A DNA stretch of 32,000 nt from Flavobacteriaceae bacterium (GTDB lineage: Bacteria; Bacteroidota; Bacteroidia; Flavobacteriales; Flavobacteriaceae), in contig OZ245049.1 in assembly GCA_965224465.1 (NCBI GenBank), positions 3,090,001 to 3,122,000 on the forward strand. Reading direction: 5' to 3'. Made by a program: the position numbers and the translations under genes. Numbering within the stretch: the stretch's first letter is position 1; each line of letters begins with the position of its first letter. Shown piece by piece: positions 24,439 through 32,000 of the stretch. Under the pieces are notes generated by a model, which searched no databases, was not told the DNA's origin, and saw only the letters and a program-made list of their open reading frames with translations.

Positions 24439-26856
24439 TTATATTTTGTAATGTATTCCTAGTGTGAAATTGATGCCTACACCGGGGATAAATGTAGTCA
24501 CGTTTGCAGGTGTCAATGCTGGTGGTGGAGGGTTTGTTACTACATCTCTAATCAGGTAGCTAGAAGCATAGGTTTGATCCGTAATGTTTTTTCCTTCTAT
24601 AAAAACGCCCCAATTTTGATGGCTAAATCCTGCTTTAAATCCTAGTAATTGATACGACTTTTGGAATACTGTATTTTGGTGATCTGTTGGTGTTTTTTCT
24701 GGTAAGTATTCCAAATTCATTGCTAAATACGCCCCTGAAGGATGTGTGTACTCTAAGGCAGACGCAATATAATGTTTAGGGATACCAGCAATTTGATGGT
24801 CTTTATAAATACCTTCATTAAAATAAAAATTACTGTAATTGTAGACCGTATGTAAATCAATGTGATCTCCTGTTTTAGAAATTATGTTTTTTAAAAGGAC
24901 TAGATTTAAACCTACTTCTAGACCTTGGTGGATTGTTTGGTCTGGCGAATTTCTTGTTTTTCCTGTTATTCCAAACAAATCTGTTGTGGTTAAGATTTCG
25001 TTTTTCACCCAAGAATGATAGAAACAAATGTCCCAATGTACACGAGCAATAGTACCTCTGCTTCCAAGCTCTGCTGTTGTTGCTGTTTGTGCATCTAATT
25101 TTACGGATTTAAAACTAGCAGCTCCCTTGTTAGGGTTCCCTTTAGATTGATTGATTAACTCGTCAAAAGTAGGTGGTTCGTAACTTTGACTCATGTTTGC
25201 AAAAAACTGTGCCTGTTTTCTTGTGTATATAAAACCTAATTGAGGGTTTATTCCAACAAAATTTTGATTTAGAGAGGTGTTTGTTGCTGCAAATGTTCCG
25301 TACTTTTTGGTTTTAAAGTTAAAGAAAGGTCTGGGAGAAATATGGGGGTATTTATCCGTGTTGTTTCTACTGTTACTACTTAGTTGTGCACTTATAATCG
25401 CCTCTAGTTTTGGCGTTAATTTGTAAATGTCTTCTATAAAAAACGCCAAATTTGTAGCTCTTAAGTTGTTATGTGCGTAGTTTTTTCCTCGGGTTCCTTT
25501 GATGTTTGCAAAATAAAAGCGATTCATTTTTCCAGTACTAAAATTAAGTCCGGTAGAAAATGTATGGTTGGCTGTTTTGTGTTGGTAAGATACATGCATC
25601 CCTAGATCGTTACTCAGGGTATGTCTGATTCCTCCTACGATGGGGAAAACAAAAGTATCATCGCCATACTGATAATAGAGGTCTACCGTCAATTTACGAG
25701 CGTTATTGATGCTGTATACGGTTTTATTGGCGACTCTTAGGATGTCGGTAAATCGTCGTGGTTTATCTCTTAAAACGTTTGGGCCGATACTTGTTGGGGG
25801 ATGTATTCCTAAGCTTATTTGTGTGGGGTCATCATCCATTTGCGCTTGGGTTAGTGGACCTGGGATATCAAATTTTAATCGGCTATAGTTGACATAGATT
25901 CTAGATTCTAATTGCTCTGAAAATCGCCTTCCAATATTGAGCAATCCATTTATTTTTTCGCTGCTATTAAAAGTTCTGTACCCAGCTGCTTTGCTATAAG
26001 ACAAAGAGGAGTAGAGATCGTTTTTTCCATCATTTAACCCCGTAGAAATACTCCCTCCTAGATATCCAAAACTTCCTCCTTCCAAATTAATACTTAGAGG
26101 AGCTGCATTATAACCGTTTTTAGAGATTAGATTAACGGCGCCTCCTAAGGTAGCAGTACCGTATCTCAAAGCATTTGCTCCTCGATATACTTCTATGTAG
26201 TTTGCGGCTCTAGGTTCTAGCGTACCTATAATATAGGATCCATCTGCAAAGTTGGTACTGATGCCATCTTGCAGTAAGTTAATCCCTCTAAATTGCGGAT
26301 TGCTTTGAATCCCCGAACCTCTAATGTTTAACCTGGGTTGATCATTGGCTCCAAAAAATTCTTGAATAATAATTCCGGGCTGTAGGTTTAAGGCATCTTT
26401 TAAGGTAAGTGACCGTTGATTGTTAATGGATTTCATAGAAACAATGTTAGTTCCTCCTGGGATGGATGCATGTCTTTTTGTGGCATCAATAACAGAACTT
26501 TCTATGCTGCTTGGGTTGGAGGTTACACGTACTTCTTCCAGTTGATACGTGCTTGGACTCAATTGAATTTTAAGGTGTACATTTTTTGAATTTGAAGTGT
26601 TTATGTTGATTTCTTGCGTGTTATATCCCAAGTTGGAAATCACTAAAATTACAGATGGTCTGATGCTTCTAATGCTAAAAAATCCAACTATATTTGTAAC
26701 GGTACCTACTGTTGTTCCCTTGATGGAAATACTTACATTTTCTATAGGTTTGTTGTTTTTATCGGTGATGTTTCCTTTTATAATCTTTGTGACTTCTTGT
26801 GCGGTACTATATTGTAAGATCAAAGCACAAAAAATAAATGCTATATATTTATTCAT
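24439..26856 (-). CDS. TonB-dependent outer-membrane receptor with an N-terminal carboxypeptidase-regulatory-like domain
   Basis: Likely start MNKYIAFIFCALILQYSTAQE at 26856. IKGNITDKNNKPIENVSISIKGT is CarbopepD_reg-like. A plug region (LKDALNLQPGI, NIRGSG) is present, along with a long beta-barrel ending in an aromatic terminal strand. Confidence 0.85.
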   Translation of the reverse strand: MNKYIAFIFCALILQYSTAQEVTKIIKGNITDKNNKPIENVSISIKGTTVGTVTNIVGFFSIRSIRPSVILVISNLGYNTQEININTSNSKNVHLKIQLSPSTYQLEEVRVTSNPSSIESSVIDATKRHASIPGGTNIVSMKSINNQRSLTLKDALNLQPGIIIQEFFGANDQPRLNIRGSGIQSNPQFRGINLLQDGISTNFADGSYIIGTLEPRAANYIEVYRGANALRYGTATLGGAVNLISKNGYNAAPLSINLEGGSFGYLGGSISTGLNDGKNDLYSSLSYSKAAGYRTFNSSEKINGLLNIGRRFSEQLESRIYVNYSRLKFDIPGPLTQAQMDDDPTQISLGIHPPTSIGPNVLRDKPRRFTDILRVANKTVYSINNARKLTVDLYYQYGDDTFVFPIVGGIRHTLSNDLGMHVSYQHKTANHTFSTGLNFSTGKMNRFYFANIKGTRGKNYAHNNLRATNLAFFIEDIYKLTPKLEAIISAQLSSNSRNNTDKYPHISPRPFFNFKTKKYGTFAATNTSLNQNFVGINPQLGFIYTRKQAQFFANMSQSYEPPTFDELINQSKGNPNKGAASFKSVKLDAQTATTAELGSRGTIARVHWDICFYHSWVKNEILTTTDLFGITGKTRNSPDQTIHQGLEVGLNLVLLKNIISKTGDHIDLHTVYNYSNFYFNEGIYKDHQIAGIPKHYIASALEYTHPSGAYLAMNLEYLPEKTPTDHQNTVFQKSYQLLGFKAGFSHQNWGVFIEGKNITDQTYASSYLIRDVVTNPPPPALTPANVTTFIPGVGINFTLGIHYKI

Positions 26857-27007
26857 GAATAGGTATGATAATAGTGTTGCTATATTAGAGTCTATTAAGC
26901 TTATGGGGCCTCTGAAAAGAGGAAAACAAGTTGATTTTAACACTTGGACACCCTACAGTTCTTATTTAGACTAATTAAAAACAAAAGTACTTCATACAGA
27001 GAAATTG

Positions 27008-27031
27008 TTTTTATGATTTGAGTCATAAAAA
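27008..27031. promoter_or_regulatory. 9-bp-arm palindrome (TTTTTATGA-N6-TCATAAAAA) upstream of the receptor gene
   Basis: Perfect inverted repeat. It lies ~20-45 nt upstream of a minus-strand TACTTTTG (-7 consensus TAnnTTTG, 26982-26989). Confidence 0.3.
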
Positions 27032-27176
27032 TTAAGTTTTATAAAAATAATTGATATTTATAAAGATGCTATCTAGGTACTGTGTTTAAACAGCCCTACC
27101 TTAGGACAGGTATTCATAACCAATTACAATCCAAAATGGCAGATATAAATGGGTTATTTTACGTTCTAACGTTGTT

Positions 27177-27225
27177 AAAAAACAGAACGATAGCTAAGGC
27201 TATCCTTCCGTTTTTCGCCTAGCTA
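27177..27225 (-). terminator. Candidate intrinsic terminator downstream of the sulfurtransferase gene
   Basis: On the minus strand, TAGCTAGG ... CCTTAGCTA forms a stem (one G-T pair or bulge), followed by TCGTTCTGTTTTTT. Confidence 0.35.
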
Positions 27226-27294
27226 TAACAGAAAAGAAATCCATTTCTAAACCGTCACTTGGAAATGTATTTGGTATAACTTATAAGAAAGTTC

Positions 27295-28143
27295 CTATTC
27301 GCCAATAATGGGTAAGTCGTGTTTAGATCCCCATTCCGTCCAAGATCCATCATATACTTTTATGTTTTTGTATTCCAATTCTGTTGCAGCTAAAGCCAAT
27401 ACACAGGCAGTTACTCCAGAACCACAAGTAAAAATAAGGGCTTTATCTGTGGCAGCTATGTTTTTAAAAATGGTGTTTAATTTGGAAGAAGGAAGTAGAA
27501 TTCCATTGTGTAGTAAACTGGTAAAAGGCATGCTTTTGGAGGATGGAATATGACCTGTTCGCAACCCTTCTCTGGGTTCTTTTACGAGGCCATCAAATCT
27601 ATTTTGTGCTCTTGCATCTAAAATTAAGGTCTCACTATCATGTAATTTAGAGTGTACGTCTTCGGAATTATAAAAATAAGAACCCTCAAAAACAGCTTTA
27701 AAATCTCCTAATTTATAAGGACTATTATCAGTGGATGTAATTGGAAAATTACTTTTTTCCCAAGCGGGAAGCCCTCCGTCTAAGACCACAACATTTTTAT
27801 GTCCCATTGCTTTAAATAAATACCATGCGCGGGCACTTGAATAGATACCTTGATTGTCATATATTACAATCATACTGTTGTTATTAATGCCTAGTTTTTG
27901 TGCAGATTCCGTGAACTTTTTTGCGCTAGGAACTGTATTTGGGAATAATGATGTGGTGTCCGAAAATGCTGTTTTGATATCAAAAAAACGAGCCCCCTTG
28001 ATGTGTTTTGTTATTGGTTTTTTTTCAGAAGATGAAATGGTTACTTTAGGGATGCTGGCATCCAAAACAACTATGTTTTCTGTGTTTAAATGTTGGTGTA
28101 ACCATGCCACACTTTTAATATTTGTACGTTCTGTAAGCATCAT
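27295..28143 (-). CDS. sseA: 3-mercaptopyruvate/thiosulfate sulfurtransferase (tandem rhodanese domains)
   Basis: Two rhodanese repeats with an active-site loop CGSGVTA, typical of SseA/MST enzymes. Also GHIKGA and TGHIPSS motifs. Confidence 0.8.
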   Translation of the reverse strand: MMLTERTNIKSVAWLHQHLNTENIVVLDASIPKVTISSSEKKPITKHIKGARFFDIKTAFSDTTSLFPNTVPSAKKFTESAQKLGINNNSMIVIYDNQGIYSSARAWYLFKAMGHKNVVVLDGGLPAWEKSNFPITSTDNSPYKLGDFKAVFEGSYFYNSEDVHSKLHDSETLILDARAQNRFDGLVKEPREGLRTGHIPSSKSMPFTSLLHNGILLPSSKLNTIFKNIAATDKALIFTCGSGVTACVLALAATELEYKNIKVYDGSWTEWGSKHDLPIIGE

Positions 28144-28215
28144 TGGTTTTTTTGGTTTTCTCTTTGATATTGAAAGAGAAACAGTGAAACATTTTGTTTT
28201 ATTACGCTTTTTTAT

Positions 28216-29802
28216 TTACGCTAAGGATGTAATCTCTAAGTTGTAATGGCTGTAAGTGTCTGGGGTAGTTTCTTTTTTTAGCAAGCACCCTGCTTCAATT
28301 TCAGGGTATAATTCACTGTATTTTTTAACTTGATTTCCTCCCACTCTTTTGTTGATATGGTGGCGTTTAATTTCCTTTGGGTGATTCAATCCAGAAGCTG
28401 CTACAATTTCTAAAAACGCATGAATGGTTTTTTCTTGATAATTGGCATTTCGTTGGGCTTTGTTAGCTACATTAAGTCCTTTAATTAAGGATTTGTTTTG
28501 TGTAGCCACGCCTACGGGACAGTCGTTGGTATTGCATTTTAAGGCTTGAATACATCCTATAGACAACATCATGGCACGGGCACTGTAACAAACATCGGCT
28601 CCCAATGCCATGGCTCTAGCCATATGGAAACTGGTAATTATTTTTCCAGCGGCAATAATTTTTATTTCTTTTTTTAAGTCAAAACCTACTAAGGTATCAT
28701 GTACAAAAACCAATCCTTCACGCAGCGGCATTCCTATAGAGTTAGAAAACTCGACAGGAGCAGCTCCTGTACCTCCTTCACCACCATCTACACTTATAAA
28801 ATCGGGTTTAATTCCAGTACTAATCATCGCTTTACATAAATCTATGAATTCTTGTTTTTTACCAATACACAATTTAAAACCAATAGGTTTACTCCCCGAT
28901 AAATCACGAAGTTGTTGGATAAAATCCATAAATTCATGTGCGTTAGAAAAAGCGGAATGTACAGGTGGAGAATGTACATCTGTATATGGTTTTATATGTC
29001 TAATGTTGGCAATTTCTTCTGTGTTTTTTGCAGCAGGTAAAATTCCTCCATGCCCAGGCTTGGCTCCTTGAGAAATTTTAATTTCTATCATTTTTACTTG
29101 TGGTTTTTGAGCTCCTTTTTGAAAAGTTTCAGGGTCAAAATTTCCTTCAGGATTTCTACATCCAAAATAACCTGTTCCAATTTGCCAAATCAAATCTCCT
29201 TTGTGTTTTAAATGATAAGGACTCAATCCTCCTTCACCTGTATTATGAGCATAGCCTCCTGTTTTGGCTCCTTTGTTCAATGCCATAACAGCCCTATTAC
29301 TCAAGGATCCAAAACTCATAGCAGAAATATTTAATAAACTTGCACTATATGGTTGTTTACAGGCTGGTCCTCCAAAGGTAACACGTGGGATTTCTGTAAT
29401 GTTTTTGGTGTTTTTCGCATACATGGAATGGTCCATCCATTCGTATCCTGTACGGTATACATTCATTTGTGTTCCAAAAGGAGTCGTGTCGTTTTCTTTT
29501 TTTGAACGTTGATAAATTAAAGATCTAAAAATACGATTGAGCGGTCTTCCCTCGGTGTCTGTTTCTACAAAATATTGCATTATTTCTGGGCGAATAGCCT
29601 CTAAAGCATATCTAAAACGTCCCAGTAAGGGGAAGTTTTTTCTGATGGTATGTCTATTTTGAATGCAGTCGTATAGGCCCATAAAAATAAATGGAAGGAC
29701 AACAATAAAGACCCAATAAATAGGCTTCCAAAGAAGTGAAACCCCTATTATACCAATGATAATGAGTGCTGAAATAATTAAAAATATTCTGCGTGCTTTC
29801 AT
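28216..29802 (-). CDS. FMN-binding glutamate synthase family protein with N-terminal membrane anchor
   Basis: ISQGAKPGHGGILPAAK, VDGGEGGTGAAP and AAGKIIT...ALGAD are characteristic of the GltS FMN-binding domain. Two N-terminal hydrophobic helices. Confidence 0.8.
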   Translation of the reverse strand: MKARRIFLIISALIIIGIIGVSLLWKPIYWVFIVVLPFIFMGLYDCIQNRHTIRKNFPLLGRFRYALEAIRPEIMQYFVETDTEGRPLNRIFRSLIYQRSKKENDTTPFGTQMNVYRTGYEWMDHSMYAKNTKNITEIPRVTFGGPACKQPYSASLLNISAMSFGSLSNRAVMALNKGAKTGGYAHNTGEGGLSPYHLKHKGDLIWQIGTGYFGCRNPEGNFDPETFQKGAQKPQVKMIEIKISQGAKPGHGGILPAAKNTEEIANIRHIKPYTDVHSPPVHSAFSNAHEFMDFIQQLRDLSGSKPIGFKLCIGKKQEFIDLCKAMISTGIKPDFISVDGGEGGTGAAPVEFSNSIGMPLREGLVFVHDTLVGFDLKKEIKIIAAGKIITSFHMARAMALGADVCYSARAMMLSIGCIQALKCNTNDCPVGVATQNKSLIKGLNVANKAQRNANYQEKTIHAFLEIVAASGLNHPKEIKRHHINKRVGGNQVKKYSELYPEIEAGCLLKKETTPDTYSHYNLEITSLA

Positions 29803-30099
29803 AAATAATGATTGAATTTTAGGCCCAAGTTACTAAAATATACCAAATTGATTTCTAAATACCTGTATAGAATGTTTTTGAATTAGCAGTTCCTATTTAA
29901 AACGTACAAACAAACACAAAGGATGCTGCTATATGTACGGTGTAAGTAGCTTTTTTTTAATGTTTTATTTGTTTTTTAAGAAAAGGATTGCCGATGCGTA
30001 TTCTTTTTTTGATCTATGCTGAATAGCGTAGGCAATCGATATTTAAACAGTCATTCGAAAAATATGTTGGTATAGTTTATTTATGCTAATTTTGAACCG

Positions 30100-31191
30100 A
30101 TGGAAGAAACACCACTTTTAAGAAAAATTATCCATGTGGATATGGATGCCTTTTTTGCTTCGGTTGAGCAATTGGACAATCCAGATTTACGTGGGAAACC
30201 TGTAGCTGTTGGCGGCGGTGGTGAGCGTGGTGTGGTGGCGGCTGCTAGTTATGAAGCTCGGAAATTTGGTGTGCGTTCTGCAATGAGTGGCGTGTTGGCA
30301 AAAAAGAACTGTCCACAGTTAATTTTTGTTCCGCCAAGGTTTGATCGTTACAAAGAAATTTCAAAAAAAATAAAGGCTATATTTCTTGAATATACAGCTT
30401 TGGTAGAGCCCTTGTCTTTGGATGAAGCCTATTTGGATGTTACAGAAAATAGCAAAGGGAATCCTTCGGCTACTTTGTTGGCAAAAGAAATTAGAACACG
30501 GATTTTTGAGGAAGTTGGACTGCATGCATCCGCAGGGATTTCTGTAAATAAATTTGTAGCAAAAATTGCCTCCGACATTAACAAACCTAACGGTCAGAAA
30601 ACCATTCCTCCAGAAGATGTGATTTCTTTTTTAGAACAACTAGATGTGGAGAAATTTTATGGTGTAGGAAAGGTTACACGTATCAAAATGTACAATTTAG
30701 GGATTTTTACAGGACTTGATTTAAAAAAGCAATCCTTAGCATTTTTGGAGAAAAACTTCGGGAAATCTGGAGGGCACTATTATAAAATTGTCCGAGGTAT
30801 ACACCTAGGAAAAGTGAGCCCTAACAGAATTAGAAAATCGGTTGCAGCAGAACATACGTTTTCTAAAAATCTAAGCTCAGAGATTTTTATGATGGAACGC
30901 CTAGAAGGTATTTCTGAAGCGCTAGAAAAACGGTTAAAAAGTTCCAAAGTAGCGGGGAAAACAGTGACTCTGAAAATAAAATATTCTGATTTCACCCAAC
31001 AAACACGAAGTAAAACCTTGCCGTATTTTATAAAAGATAAGCAAATACTATTGGATACCGTCAAAGAATTGTTATACCAAGAAACCTTAAAAAATTCGGT
31101 AAGACTCCTTGGGATTTCTGTGACAAATTTGAATGTAAATGCGGTTGTAAGAAAACCGATTGTGGATGTGCAATTACGGTTGGAGTTTTAA
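30100..31191 (+). CDS. dinB: DNA polymerase IV (Y-family)
   Basis: IIHVDMDAFFASVEQ, SYEARKFGVRSAM, SLDEAYLDVT and NKFVAKIASD are canonical DinB motifs. 363 aa. Confidence 0.9.
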   Translation: MEETPLLRKIIHVDMDAFFASVEQLDNPDLRGKPVAVGGGGERGVVAAASYEARKFGVRSAMSGVLAKKNCPQLIFVPPRFDRYKEISKKIKAIFLEYTALVEPLSLDEAYLDVTENSKGNPSATLLAKEIRTRIFEEVGLHASAGISVNKFVAKIASDINKPNGQKTIPPEDVISFLEQLDVEKFYGVGKVTRIKMYNLGIFTGLDLKKQSLAFLEKNFGKSGGHYYKIVRGIHLGKVSPNRIRKSVAAEHTFSKNLSSEIFMMERLEGISEALEKRLKSSKVAGKTVTLKIKYSDFTQQTRSKTLPYFIKDKQILLDTVKELLYQETLKNSVRLLGISVTNLNVNAVVRKPIVDVQLRLEF

Positions 31192-31211
31192 TAATTTAGA
31201 TGATTTTAAAA

Positions 31212-32000
31212 ATGATTAAAAAAAATAAAATAATGATTTTAGGTTTTGTATTACTTGTATTTTTTATTGAAAAATGTACCGTAATAAATATAATATCATC
31301 CCCACTGTTTAAAAATAGCAAGTATGATAAGTATAGCTATTTACAAGACGGGCTAAATACAGGTAAGACCGAAGTAATACGGATTTCCGAAAGTCCATAT
31401 AATGCAATTGGTTATGATGAGAAAGGGAATTATTTTATAGTTTATGGAGATGATAATATACGCAAAATAAATAGTGAGGGTGTTGAAGAATTTTCGATAG
31501 CCAGGAAAGACGGTGTGAGTTTCGCTAAATTAGGGGCGTTTGTTTTTACAGATACGATGGTCTATGATTTGTCAAAAGAAACGATTAAAAAAACGAAGAT
31601 TAAAGAAATAATACATGCCACTGGTGCGCAATTAGAGCTTCAGGGGTTTTTGAGTTTATTGAGGCGTTATTATCAAAAGGCACGTGTTGTAATATATGCC
31701 ACAGAAAATACTTTTAGCAACAAAAATCATAAGGTTTATCTGAAAATAGGTGATGACTGGATTGCTTTGTATATTTCAAATAACAGTTCAGTAGCAATAA
31801 ATTTTCATTTTTCAGGAGAGATATTAAAAGAATTCCCTCAAAAACATGCGTCTTTAATATTGCTTAAAAACCCTGTAAATAAGGTGTATTCAACGCGTTC
31901 TGCAGGGAATGAAATTTTTTCTTCATTTCCAGATTCACCAGTGCTCACCACAGAGGGAGAAATGGAATATCCTAAGGGTGAAAAAATACATATTTCTTTT
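31212..32000 (+). CDS. Hypothetical protein, 3' end outside the window
   Basis: The frame is open from ATG 31212 (alternative 31200) to the window edge, 263 codons. It has a hydrophobic N-terminus (MIKKNKIMILGFVLLVFFIEKC) and is not in the supplied track because it has no stop. Confidence 0.5.
   Translation, partial: MIKKNKIMILGFVLLVFFIEKCTVINIISSPLFKNSKYDKYSYLQDGLNTGKTEVIRISESPYNAIGYDEKGNYFIVYGDDNIRKINSEGVEEFSIARKDGVSFAKLGAFVFTDTMVYDLSKETIKKTKIKEIIHATGAQLELQGFLSLLRRYYQKARVVIYATENTFSNKNHKVYLKIGDDWIALYISNNSSVAINFHFSGEILKEFPQKHASLILLKNPVNKVYSTRSAGNEIFSSFPDSPVLTTEGEMEYPKGEKIHISF

Noticed and set aside
24170-29512. Antisense ORFs inside the core genes (23466-23714, 23751-23936, 24170-24361, 25706-25888, 26597-26974, 27308-27553, 27854-28246, 28610-29071, 29100-29288, 29264-29512, 30780-31064)
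   Set aside because: Each lies opposite a longer ORF with clear family signatures (azurin, TonB-dependent receptor, rhodanese, GltS-like, DinB).
29803-30099. Possible SOS/LexA operator or structured element upstream of dinB (imperfect inverted repeat GATTGCC...GGCAATC around 29985-30045)
   Set aside because: The arms are short and the interior does not pair. I do not know a reliable LexA consensus for this lineage to compare against. I left it unannotated apart from noting a TAATTTTG -7-like box just before the ATG.
1-32000. Looked for CRISPR arrays, tRNA/rRNA genes, retron-like or DGR-like repeats near the reverse transcriptase, and toxin-antitoxin pairs
   Set aside because: I saw no regularly spaced short direct repeats, no cloverleaf-like or rRNA-like conserved segments, and no template/variable repeat pair. 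The RT sits inside clear group II intron boundaries.

Overview
AT-rich window that looks like Bacteroidota (Flavobacteriia-like), in two parts.

(1) 1-23092 is an accessory island full of insertion sequences, organised around a PAAR-linked polymorphic toxin family.
- The complete locus is PAAR 8901-9362, a 1202-aa effector 9374-12982, and a lipoprotein immunity candidate 12973-13842.
- The effector has a split M23/LytM-like N-terminal domain and a Pro/Thr/Lys-rich linker. A sharply conserved junction motif HHFHPIAWVEQM follows, then a two-enzyme cell-wall toxin tip: a lambda-R/GH104-like muramidase plus a Tae4/NlpC-P60-like amidase.
- The same motif heads three N-terminally incomplete orphan toxin modules at 437-5714 (NlpC/P60; papain-like; SLT plus a second peptidase-like domain). 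Each is followed by its own lipoprotein gene.
- Orphan 3 shares a 317-bp, ~97% identical, indel-free tract with the full-length effector.
- A second PAAR-effector paralog (20837-21971) ends at an IS30-family element.
- The island also holds a complete and a truncated IS4-family copy, an IS66-family element (tnpA/B/C) and a partial IS30-like end.
- A multi-kb segmental duplication is present. A 1857-nt group II intron sits in only one of its two copies, so the empty site is visible in the window.

(2) 23093-32000 is ordinary chromosome: a truncated OMP-like fragment, an azurin-like lipoprotein, a secreted hypothetical, a TonB-dependent receptor, an SseA-type sulfurtransferase, a glutamate-synthase-like FMN protein, DinB, and an open-ended hypothetical.

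I recognised no rRNA, tRNA or CRISPR array. No secretion-apparatus genes (Hcp/VgrG/TssBC) are in the window, so assigning the toxin system to a T6SS-like machine is inference from the PAAR genes only. All homology statements come from reading the translations by eye, not from database searches.
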